Source: a virus (lineage: Duplodnaviria > Caudoviricetes). Taken from it: a stretch of DNA of 27,736 bases. The translations under genes and the position numbers were made by a program. Shown piece after piece: positions 15,601-22,811 of this stretch (position 1 is the first letter of the stretch; every line of letters begins with the position of its first letter). The notes beneath the pieces are model-generated. The model was not told the DNA's origin and searched no databases. It saw only the letters and a list, made by a program, of their open reading frames with translations. The DNA lies in IMG/VR virus record IMGVR_UViG_3300017747_002235, positions 1 through 27,736 of that record; one strand, given 5' to 3'.

Positions 15601-18385
15601 TTTCAGATATACCCGCCCACAGATTCTGCAGCCAAGTAATAACCGCGTTTCTTTGTTTTGTAAGTCCTGTTAGCGCCTCTATTCCATACTTCTCTATAGC
15701 GTACTGAGTAAAGTAAGCAATCGACTCTTCGCTATATTGCTCTGAGCCCCGTGTATATTTAAGTCCTTCTACGTGGCGTATTGCTTTTTTAGCAAGTTCC
15801 ACATGCACAGCATTTTCTTTTGTTATTGTTTGCTTTGCCCAAAAAGATATTTGGCTCGCCAACCGATCCCTACGCCCCGCGCCAATTAGCTTCTTTAGAC
15901 TTGTGTGCACGCCATACTCGTGCATTATCAAGGCCGTCTCTTTACCTTTTGGTATCCTGTTGGCTATATAAACGTCCTGCCCAGTCGCCACCACCACAAA
16001 AGCTCTAATGCCTGGGTTATCGATTGCCTTCTGGCGTATCACCTCGTTGATCGCTGGATCAGGGTGGGCCTCATAAGCATCTCTAGCATCGTTTATTATG
16101 ATAGGCTTATTTTTGCCTCTATAGCCTTCTGGGAATAATTTATTAAATGCCTCCATGAAGGAAGCTGCAGTAGATTTTTCACCCCTTGCTGGTTTCTTAC
16201 CGCGCTGGTACCTGATTGGTTCGTTGTCTTCTTGCGCGCTCTTTTGTATGTTCTCCGCTGCCGCTGCTTCGCGTGAACGCCTGCTCAGTGCTTCGGTATT
16301 GATTTTATCCGCGAGCCAATTAAATGCATTGGGGGATTTTTCAGGGTCTACCTTTGCAATACTCTGTTGCTCTGCGGGGGTTAGCTCATCGAAAGGTACT
16401 GTACCATCCCAAGCCGCTCTTGCACGTGCAATTAGTGGACTGCCCCCTCGCTTGTTGCTAGCTCCAGCTCCTTTACCAGGTCGTCCAGCAGGAGCGCCAG
16501 TGTCTCCCAGTCCTCCAGCGTTAGTTTCTTGAGCACCTTCAGGGACGGTTGCCTGTCCTCCGAGATCGCCAGGAATGCCTGAGTCAGTTCCTTCCCCGAC
16601 AGCCGCAGTTCCCTGGGCTCCAGTACGATCAATACCGTTTTCTCCATAGCCGCTTTCCTTGTCAAATAGTCCAATCTGGTTGGCCGCGCCTTCGGGTGCT
16701 TCTGCTGTGGCTTCGGGGCCAGCATTTATTTCTGTTCCTTCGCCCTCCGCGACCTGCTCTACTCCTGGTATATCGAGCTGCACCCCTTCACCGCGGGCCT
16801 CTCCGCCTTCTTGCGCATTGCGTATTATCTGCAATGCTTTTTGAGCATTCACATGCCCGTTTGCTGCTGCCAATTCCAACAACTTTATAGCTGCTGGTAT
16901 GTCTTGTTTAACGCCCTCACCTTTTACATACAGCGAGGCTAAGTTAAACTGTGCATCTGCAAACCCCCTGTCCGCTGCGCGCTTATATAGTGTTGCAGCT
17001 ATGGTGGTATCTTGTGGTACTCCCTGCCCGTGATAGTACATATTGCCAAGGAAGTTTTGGGCAGACTTATCTCCTTGTGCTGCGGCAGTTTGGTACTCTT
17101 TAGCTTGCGCTACGACCGCTGCTTGCTTTCTATCTATTTCTTCTTGCGCTGCTCGCTCACGCTGCTGCATCTCTTCAAATGCTTTTCTCTGCACTTCAAG
17201 CGATTTTCTCTGCGCCTCATCGCGCTGACGCATCTCTTCTTGAACTTTCTGTTGCGCTTGGCGGTCTACCAGTTCTTGGTCGTAGTCAATGCCTTTTTCT
17301 TCTAGTAGCTTTTGGCGGTTCTCTGTTGCTTGCTTCTTTAGTTTCTCTATGGCCTCTATCTCAGCAAGCTGCGACTTAGCAGGATTCTGCAAGGCATTCA
17401 TACCACCACCTAGGGCGGAGCCAGCTAACGCACCTTCTACACCCGCCCGGGCAACCCCCTCAAGTATCGGCTTACCTTCCGCCCAGTTCTGCCACATCTG
17501 TTCCTGCATGCCTTGAGGTAGCTCTTGTAAGATACCTTCGACTAAAACCCCAGACCCTATTCGGGCAGACAAAGATTTATCGGCTGCAGCTTTAAATGCC
17601 GCAAGCTCCGCCGCGGGTAGTTCGCCCCCAAGCACTGCTCTTTCTAATGTTTGGACACCAAACCTACCTGCTAAGTGCTGTGCTGCGCCACCAATACCTG
17701 CTGTAAACAAGCCCGCCCCAGCCGCTGCCATTGCTCTAGTCTGTGGGTCAACGCCAGGTGCTTCTTCTTTTATTTGTTGTCCTACTTGTCCTGTAGTTGC
17801 AAGACCTTCACCACCGCCCAAAGCAACGCCACTACCTACCTCGCGCCCAAAATACTTACCTGCAGCTTTAATGCCCTTACCATAGACACCGCCGCTGATC
17901 ATTCCAGGCACGCTACCTACTATATTGCCCAGTGTGGCTCCTGGGTTCAGTGCAACAGTTTTAGCAACATTACCCCATGTTGTTGGGTCTAAGGTCAGCG
18001 AAGGGGATTCCCAGGCTTCGGTTAGTTCCTGTTGGCTTTGTTGACGGCCTGGGGAATACTCTGCTTTTGCCGCCTCTGCTTTATCACTTGGGTGGAACCC
18101 TGTCTTACCAGCTAACCACTCACCAGCCTCAGTAACTGGACTTCCCTCATAACCCATTAAGTGCCCGGGGGTGTCAAGTAATTCTGCAGTCTGTCCGGGG
18201 AGGTTTAGGAACCCCCGCTTTATGTCGGTCGCAAGATCCCCACCAAGCCCAGTGTTTTGGTTTTTGTTTGGGGCTGGGGGTACATGCAGTGTTTCTAGGT
18301 ATTTAGCCAACGTCCGGACGGCTTCACCATCTCCCGCATTACCTGCGTTTATTATCGCCGAATGTATATCATCTATATTGCTCAT
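12650..18385 (-). CDS. Large polyvalent internal virion/ejection protein (Sel1 repeats, zincin-like metallopeptidase motif, LPD38-like C-terminus)
   Basis: 1911 aa and last gene of the structural arm. Gly/Ala hydrophobic N-region, coiled coil, Sel1 repeats (~17087-16832), acidic linker, HEYGVH...EESIAY (15922-15713), and C-terminal DDDY...VPQEL...KP.IE...NY....PIV...TSELAK...SP..IDH..QG.LG (~13531-13005). Confidence 0.85.
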   Translation of the reverse strand: MSNIDDIHSAIINAGNAGDGEAVRTLAKYLETLHVPPAPNKNQNTGLGGDLATDIKRGFLNLPGQTAELLDTPGHLMGYEGSPVTEAGEWLAGKTGFHPSDKAEAAKAEYSPGRQQSQQELTEAWESPSLTLDPTTWGNVAKTVALNPGATLGNIVGSVPGMISGGVYGKGIKAAGKYFGREVGSGVALGGGEGLATTGQVGQQIKEEAPGVDPQTRAMAAAGAGLFTAGIGGAAQHLAGRFGVQTLERAVLGGELPAAELAAFKAAADKSLSARIGSGVLVEGILQELPQGMQEQMWQNWAEGKPILEGVARAGVEGALAGSALGGGMNALQNPAKSQLAEIEAIEKLKKQATENRQKLLEEKGIDYDQELVDRQAQQKVQEEMRQRDEAQRKSLEVQRKAFEEMQQRERAAQEEIDRKQAAVVAQAKEYQTAAAQGDKSAQNFLGNMYYHGQGVPQDTTIAATLYKRAADRGFADAQFNLASLYVKGEGVKQDIPAAIKLLELAAANGHVNAQKALQIIRNAQEGGEARGEGVQLDIPGVEQVAEGEGTEINAGPEATAEAPEGAANQIGLFDKESGYGENGIDRTGAQGTAAVGEGTDSGIPGDLGGQATVPEGAQETNAGGLGDTGAPAGRPGKGAGASNKRGGSPLIARARAAWDGTVPFDELTPAEQQSIAKVDPEKSPNAFNWLADKINTEALSRRSREAAAAENIQKSAQEDNEPIRYQRGKKPARGEKSTAASFMEAFNKLFPEGYRGKNKPIIINDARDAYEAHPDPAINEVIRQKAIDNPGIRAFVVVATGQDVYIANRIPKGKETALIMHEYGVHTSLKKLIGAGRRDRLASQISFWAKQTITKENAVHVELAKKAIRHVEGLKYTRGSEQYSEESIAYFTQYAIEKYGIEALTGLTKQRNAVITWLQNLWAGISETLRKIDLNLHALTTNDIVSLVYGAARVSSFDPAAPLEGPISQPRAEAKAEPGVKAEPQAEGEPQAEPKVEPPEEPEIHNAVDEEAPEEEYGFSDVTYRKPTKESAAAAIRGVYNGKGGIWGFLRKLLDRIGNALISNTYSAERKALDAKMGEFNAQGIHRGDLITQAATNFIGISQDALMLGRLILEKSGIMRAGRGVEGANILDLTRVWHETLAKATEKYGAERAYDMLVKGWYGPRYDSLEARNVELDRKIEELTANKPKNWAKKVREYEDSKVNVSDWTSDPKKAADAKLARSEFAAGFAEMDKIRNQMRAPLLQTMVGTGLYTEEQAAEYLENADYVPMYRVQEKDLFDANKNHIRAGRGLLGMGKEFRIHGSDLLVADPIQNFSANMSWMMQRAIKNNAAIHMANMLEELGAGRWATAPLTNEEKHKNLTVVIYREGMPQDFILNDPLDVAAFASPPVATGSIITAMKYASAALRHGVTSMPQFVFNQAWQDSMRAYLVAGNKDASLLRYTKDTWTSIFNNQFRTPTRTAQILKSFGVTGQKDTMDAQALEDVYTGKNKKGWRKTAFFFERLAHGSDLGAREAIFDAAKKELLAQGVSEELAESTAAIRANRYMPYQQVGTSQSLAYLRALVPFINPPIQGWARDIAAARGRLTGVSTAAGRNALLFKLTKYAMFVAAYAAMRSGDDDYEKKTDDQRDDNLWIGTKISVPQELRPFKVLIERMTRSMIFSGGSGKVLEDPVVAGRVLKKSYEIAAGLTPIPTLFKPEIEAVTNYDWHTMKPIVGSHNKNLSPQFQTNSTTSELAKIVGEALNIPGLSPVHIDHYLQGHLGLVGAAIGDFSNVLMSDSKVPMNKWPVVGSIIGGNTHPSGDMEAFYELKNHVAQVRGDYKSIIEKGRADELPAFVKENKAYLSDWTSSAVNKIGTKLTELNAAERTMRGRSLEQRPDKEEVLENIRNAKDRMLNDIHRIRQSLDDANKR
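15375..15470 (-). repeat. Degenerate coding repeats (AEP/EP linker)
   Basis: Encodes AEAKAEPGVKAEPQAEGEPQAEPKVEPPEEPE, with repeated GGTTCTGCTT-like units on the + strand. Confidence 0.6.
16432..16647 (-). CDS. Candidate overprinted gene (71 aa, +1 frame) nested in the giant protein's linker
   Basis: AAGGA lies 8 nt before ATG 16647. The product is Leu/Glu-rich and amphipathic (MEKTVLIVLE...LTLEDWETLALLLDDLVKELELATSEGAVH). The host frame is Gly-rich low complexity over the same interval. Confidence 0.55.
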   Translation of the reverse strand: MEKTVLIVLEPRELRLSGKELTQAFLAISEDRQPSLKVLKKLTLEDWETLALLLDDLVKELELATSEGAVH

Positions 18386-18388
18386 AGA

Positions 18389-20896
18389 TTATGATTTAAA
18401 TTTATCTATCATTGCCTGAACTGCGGGTGGTGCTCCTGTACTAGCAGTGTTTGTACTAGCTGTTTGTGTTGGCATAGAAACCCCCATTACCTCGGCATCA
18501 TGTTTAATAAAGGCACCCATTTGCGATATAATAGCCTGCACTTGTTTTTGTGCATTTTCTTTTTCGGTCACCGACAGCATTGGATTTTCCGCTATTTTTT
18601 CCGCTGTCTTCAGCATCTCACTGAGTAACCCTTTCGCTTGCGCTATGATTGCTCGTTTTCCTGTAATATCGGCATTTTTGTAGTGCACGAGGCTTGCATT
18701 AAATGATTGTTCGTTGTGCGCAATCTCTCCAGCAAGCTTCATCATACCTGCCTTCTCTGCTCTGTTAGCAGTGTTGAAGGAGTTCTTTGCACCGAATATT
18801 TCTTTAGCCAATTCATTCTGTGCTTTCTGTGTGGCCTGCATGCTACCTATAGCACCCTCAGCACCCGCAGTTAACGCAGTTAAGAACGAAGCTCTTCCAG
18901 CAGGGTTCCCCGGTCCTCCACGGTCCATCAGCCCTTTTCCTAAACCAATCGCCATATCAGCCAGTTGGTTTTTCTTCAACCTTGCAGATTGCCCCTCTAG
19001 GTTTTTGACATATTCATTGCTTATATCCTTTCCTTCGTTATCACCCATAACACCTTGAAGGTTTTTCACTCGAGTTGCGTAGTCTACTAAGGGCGCGTAC
19101 GCAGGATAATTCATTTCCTCCGATGGTTTTGCTGTTGTTGGTGCTAAAAGAGCAATACCTGTCTTTTGCGCCTCGTCTTTCTTCTGGGCGGCTGCTGTTG
19201 CTGCTGTCTTTGCTGGTGTCGCACCGGCCAGAGCAAATTTAGTAGATTGTTTTTGTTTTTCAGCTTTGGCTAGCTCGTCTTTTGTAACGCTAGCTATCTC
19301 ATCTGGGAGCGCGCCTGCATTACCTTCACCGTGGTCAAGTCGTTTCTTTATGTTAGCTTGCGCTGTCCGGTCAATTTCTTGAGCTACTTTATCAAATGTC
19401 TTTTGTTGTTCTGGATTTAATATTGCAAGTCCTTTGGTTACGCGCTCATCCCATCCCTTGGCGTACTGCGTATATTTCTTTGGATCGTCGGCTATTATCC
19501 CCGCATATTTGGCCTTTCTAGCTGCAATAAGCGCTGCTGGATTGTCACCATTCTCTGCAAGAATCTTCTTAGCAAAGGGCACACCTTGATTTACAGCTGC
19601 ATCAAACACAATCTTTTGCGCGTCAGGAGACAGGTTGTCAATGCCTGGAACAGTATCCCAATACCTAGATCTATATATTTCTTCTGCTTTTTCTTTGGTT
19701 AGATTTTTAACATCTACATCTGGGTTTGCTGTTTGGTTAATACCAAAGTTTGTTACTCCCTTTCCTGCGTCGTCCTTAACCATTCCCCCTTCAATATCCA
19801 TAGTCCGCGCGATTGCCGACCTAGCTCCAACTCCTGGTAGTAATTTTATTCCTGCTGCTGGTACTTCTTTTGGTGTTGGTACTACTTTTGGTGTTGGTAC
19901 TACTTCAGCTATCCCTCCTGGTGGTACTTCCGCCGACACATTTCGTGCTTGTGGAGCCGCAACTACGGGTGTAGACTCTGCTACTGCTGGTGCTGGTGTA
20001 GACTCTGCTACTACTGGTGTTGGTGCTGGTGTTGGTGCTGGTGTTGGTAGTCCTGCGATGCCAGGTAACCCGGATGTTGGCACATTGTCGGACGCTGTCA
20101 TCTCCGTTAGGTCTGTTGGTAGTCCTCTATCTGAGAGCTGCTCATAGGTGCTTCGGGAAGTCTGGTCTATTATAGGTGTTTGCTCGGTCAACTGCTGCAT
20201 AGGTTGGGCATCGAGCGATGGCATAGGGTAGTCTTTGTTGAGCGCTGCGCGCTCTTCTGCTTTTACAGGACGCGCGGCCATCTCCCTATATGCTTGCTTC
20301 TCTTCTTCAGACATACCGACAGCGCGACGGAGTAGTTCCTCAATATCTGTTGGTTGTACATTTGCTCCTGGATTTGGGTACTCAACTGGATTCTGTTCCC
20401 CACCCCCAACAACAGAACCGTCTGTTACACCACTAAACGCAACTATCCCACCACCTGCAAAGCTACGTTCGTCTATACCTGTTGGCAACCCACCGACGCC
20501 TTGATCCAGCGAAGCAGTTTGTTGTGGAGGCATCCCTTGCGGCATTCCTTGTGGCATTCCTTGTGGCATTCCTTGTGGCATCCCTTGTGGTGGTAAACCT
20601 GCAATACCTTGTGGCGCTTGCATCTGCGCCATTTGCATCTGCGCTGCTTCTTGTAGTACTTGTGGGGACACGGTCAGCGCAAGTTGTTCTGCTTGCTTTG
20701 CTTGCCTCGCTGCTTGTGTTTGGTTTTCTACATCCTGCACTACTGTAGTGGTAGGTTTGGGGGCTTCGGCTTTTGACTTGGCTGCTTCCACCGCCTTGCT
20801 ATCATATATAAGTTTCTTTAGCGCATTGGGCATAGCCCCATTAGGGGCCGTATCTTTCGCTATTGTCTGTAGCTGGGTTGTGTTATACATTGTCAT
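18389..20896 (-). CDS. Internal virion/ejection protein with a GH108 muramidase domain
   Basis: 835 aa. DIEGG...GVTNFGI...KNLT.E.A..IY...YWD...FDAAVNQG...GWDERV (~19820-19439) matches the glycoside hydrolase 108 pattern, flanked by Pro/Gln-rich linkers and helical regions. Confidence 0.85.
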   Translation of the reverse strand: MTMYNTTQLQTIAKDTAPNGAMPNALKKLIYDSKAVEAAKSKAEAPKPTTTVVQDVENQTQAARQAKQAEQLALTVSPQVLQEAAQMQMAQMQAPQGIAGLPPQGMPQGMPQGMPQGMPQGMPPQQTASLDQGVGGLPTGIDERSFAGGGIVAFSGVTDGSVVGGGEQNPVEYPNPGANVQPTDIEELLRRAVGMSEEEKQAYREMAARPVKAEERAALNKDYPMPSLDAQPMQQLTEQTPIIDQTSRSTYEQLSDRGLPTDLTEMTASDNVPTSGLPGIAGLPTPAPTPAPTPVVAESTPAPAVAESTPVVAAPQARNVSAEVPPGGIAEVVPTPKVVPTPKEVPAAGIKLLPGVGARSAIARTMDIEGGMVKDDAGKGVTNFGINQTANPDVDVKNLTKEKAEEIYRSRYWDTVPGIDNLSPDAQKIVFDAAVNQGVPFAKKILAENGDNPAALIAARKAKYAGIIADDPKKYTQYAKGWDERVTKGLAILNPEQQKTFDKVAQEIDRTAQANIKKRLDHGEGNAGALPDEIASVTKDELAKAEKQKQSTKFALAGATPAKTAATAAAQKKDEAQKTGIALLAPTTAKPSEEMNYPAYAPLVDYATRVKNLQGVMGDNEGKDISNEYVKNLEGQSARLKKNQLADMAIGLGKGLMDRGGPGNPAGRASFLTALTAGAEGAIGSMQATQKAQNELAKEIFGAKNSFNTANRAEKAGMMKLAGEIAHNEQSFNASLVHYKNADITGKRAIIAQAKGLLSEMLKTAEKIAENPMLSVTEKENAQKQVQAIISQMGAFIKHDAEVMGVSMPTQTASTNTASTGAPPAVQAMIDKFKS
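19857..20049 (-). repeat. Coding tandem repeats (PTPA, VAESTP, VVPTPK)
   Basis: 12-nt GGTGTTGGTGCT units, a duplicated GGTGTAGACTCTGCTACT at 27-nt spacing, and an 18-nt TTTGGTGTTGGTACTACT duplication. Confidence 0.75.
20529..20590 (-). repeat. 12-nt tandem repeat x5 encoding (QGMP)5
   Basis: GGCATYCCTTGY occurs five times in tandem on the + strand. Confidence 0.9.
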
Positions 20897-20908
20897 TATA
20901 TATTTACC

Positions 20909-21988
20909 TTATGATTTCGCGTACGCGCCCAACCCGGCAATGCCTAGTCCTGCTAATTGTGCTGTTTGATTAGCTGGGCTTGTGTAAGTTGTTTGCTGCC
21001 CTGAGACACCTTGCGTTCCGTGTACTTGAGCATTCATCCAATCCAACTGCTTCTTCTCCCAGTCTCTAGATTCCATTGCAGTCTGATAGTTGATATTATC
21101 AATCTGTTGTTGCAAGGCTTGCTGTTCCGCAGCGCTTCCTGCTTGGGCTTTGAGGCGTTCCAAGTTAGAGGTTTGTTGTTGCGCAGCCAGTGCACCTTGA
21201 GCTTTAGATGTATCAACACCAGCACCCAGACCTGTGGAGTAGATGTCTTTACCCAGACCCGCAGCATACTGCTGACCTTGTTGTGTCTGTTGTTGCGCAG
21301 TGAGGTTAGCTGCTTGGTTTGCTTGTTGTGCTTGCAAGTTCCTCGCTTGATCCTGAGTAAATTGACTGAATGCAGTATTATACCCTTCTTGTCCGCCTTT
21401 ATTTTGAATATCAGATAGCTGTCTGTTGAGCAAGTCTTGGTTTGTTGACTGCATGAGGGCTTGTCTAGCCCCGCCAAACGTACCACGGCCTGCGGCCTGC
21501 ATAGCTACATTTGCTTTTTGCTGATCTCCAGCACGTTGTGCTTGTGCTATTGTCCCTGAAGTCACTGCTTGTTGGTAGGGGTTCATATACTGCTGGGCAG
21601 CATAAGGTGTAAATTGTTGCGTGCCAACATTCTGTGCAGTAGTTGTTTGCGGTTGATAGTTCAGCGCTTGGTTTAACCCTGATACTGCGCTACCGTAGCC
21701 TAGATTCTGCCCTGCTTGTAGCCCTGTCTGCGACGAACCAAAACCTCCTGGGGATTGTAGCCCTGCAATATTTTGTTGTACTTGTTGTTGCCCAGGAGTA
21801 AACCCAGCGGTTCTCTCGCCGGTGTATGCCTCAAATGGTTTTACACCTGTAACATTACCACTTGCATCGGTATTGTATATATTCTTACCCGCAGACTGCA
21901 GTTGCTGTTGATAGAATGGCTTCGCCCACTCAGGCACATTAGAGGTTTCTGTTTTTTGTGTTTGTTGTTGTGGTGAATCGCCGCCCAT
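20909..21988 (-). CDS. Gln-rich internal virion/DNA-pilot-like protein
   Basis: 359 aa with SD AGGAG. MGG start, VPEWAKPFY, YMNPYQQAV, GTFGGARQA, Q-rich helices and a Gly/Ala hydrophobic C-terminus. Located in the ejection-protein block. Confidence 0.8.
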   Translation of the reverse strand: MGGDSPQQQTQKTETSNVPEWAKPFYQQQLQSAGKNIYNTDASGNVTGVKPFEAYTGERTAGFTPGQQQVQQNIAGLQSPGGFGSSQTGLQAGQNLGYGSAVSGLNQALNYQPQTTTAQNVGTQQFTPYAAQQYMNPYQQAVTSGTIAQAQRAGDQQKANVAMQAAGRGTFGGARQALMQSTNQDLLNRQLSDIQNKGGQEGYNTAFSQFTQDQARNLQAQQANQAANLTAQQQTQQGQQYAAGLGKDIYSTGLGAGVDTSKAQGALAAQQQTSNLERLKAQAGSAAEQQALQQQIDNINYQTAMESRDWEKKQLDWMNAQVHGTQGVSGQQTTYTSPANQTAQLAGLGIAGLGAYAKS

Positions 21989-21990
21989 GA

Positions 21991-22404
21991 TTAGCTCCTA
22001 TTGTAATACTTCTGTGTATAACCGCCGCCGAACGCAGGGGCCTGTGGTTGTGGTTGTTGGTATGCTTGCACTACTTGGTACGATGGTTGTTGTGTAGGCT
22101 GTGCAAGCCCCCCTATACCGCTTTGTGGCGCCTGTGGCGCCGGTTGTTGTACTTGCGCCGGTTGTTGTTGTGGTGACCAATTAAATGCAGCATTTACCCC
22201 CGGGCCCATATTTGTAACTGGTGGAGGCATGTTTGCAGGTGTCGGTGGTGCGTATGGGTTCGGGTTCGGCTGCATCTGTTGTGGGTTCGCCGCTGTCTGC
22301 CATGCAGGTGTTGTTCCTGGTTGCGCTGTCGGTGTTGAACTACCTTGCACTTTTGGAGCGGCACTAAATAGATCCTGCATAAAATCCCCGCTACCACCAC
22401 TCAT
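21991..22404 (-). CDS. Pro/Gln-rich low-complexity protein (probable virion-associated)
   Basis: ATGA-coupled to the upstream gene, SD GGAG, 137 aa, tiles the operon. Confidence 0.7.
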   Translation of the reverse strand: MSGGSGDFMQDLFSAAPKVQGSSTPTAQPGTTPAWQTAANPQQMQPNPNPYAPPTPANMPPPVTNMGPGVNAAFNWSPQQQPAQVQQPAPQAPQSGIGGLAQPTQQPSYQVVQAYQQPQPQAPAFGGGYTQKYYNRS

Positions 22405-22811
22405 AATTTCTTCTCCATCATATACCTATCAGTACTACAACCAATCTTCTGCCTATATAGTCTTGCTTGCGCGGCGTTGGCTATGAATTGAATCTTTGTA
22501 GCCCCTTGCGATACCGCCCACTGCTCGACATGCCCAAATACCTCTGTATCAACTATACCTTCCCCACCTAATGCCGTGATGAATGCAATTCTTGTGTTGG
22601 GGTGGTTACTGACCTTAATAGATAAAGCCCCAACAATCGACGCACCATCTACAGCAATCAACATCGTTTCAAACCCCTGCGCTAGGAGCATCTTTCTTTG
22701 GGATACAGTACAATCATCTGGATTAACGGCGTGAGCCATCTCAAAAAAGGATTCTACTCTATCCCAAATACCGTGCACATGCTCAGGCGCTACGACCTGT
22801 ACTTCAATCAT
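22401..22811 (-). CDS. GNAT-fold-like protein in the virion module
   Basis: 136 aa with an alpha/beta pattern: IVGALSIKV...AFITALGGEG...VEQWAVSQGATKIQF...ARLYRQKIG...MEKKL resembles GNAT motifs A/B. ATGA overlaps at both ends. Confidence 0.65.
   Translation of the reverse strand: MIEVQVVAPEHVHGIWDRVESFFEMAHAVNPDDCTVSQRKMLLAQGFETMLIAVDGASIVGALSIKVSNHPNTRIAFITALGGEGIVDTEVFGHVEQWAVSQGATKIQFIANAAQARLYRQKIGCSTDRYMMEKKL

Noticed and set aside
20529-20590. Tandem repeats as a CRISPR-like or phase-variable locus
   Set aside because: No spacers, and the unit length is a multiple of three, so copy changes only alter linker length.
13746-20748. Numerous + strand ORFs opposite the two large virion genes
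   Set aside because: Antisense shadows with biased composition and no recognisable motifs.
21034-21486. 150-aa same-strand alternative-frame ORF in the Gln-rich gene
   Set aside because: Non-ATG start and no clear SD. The lack of stops is explained by CAA/CAG runs in the real frame.
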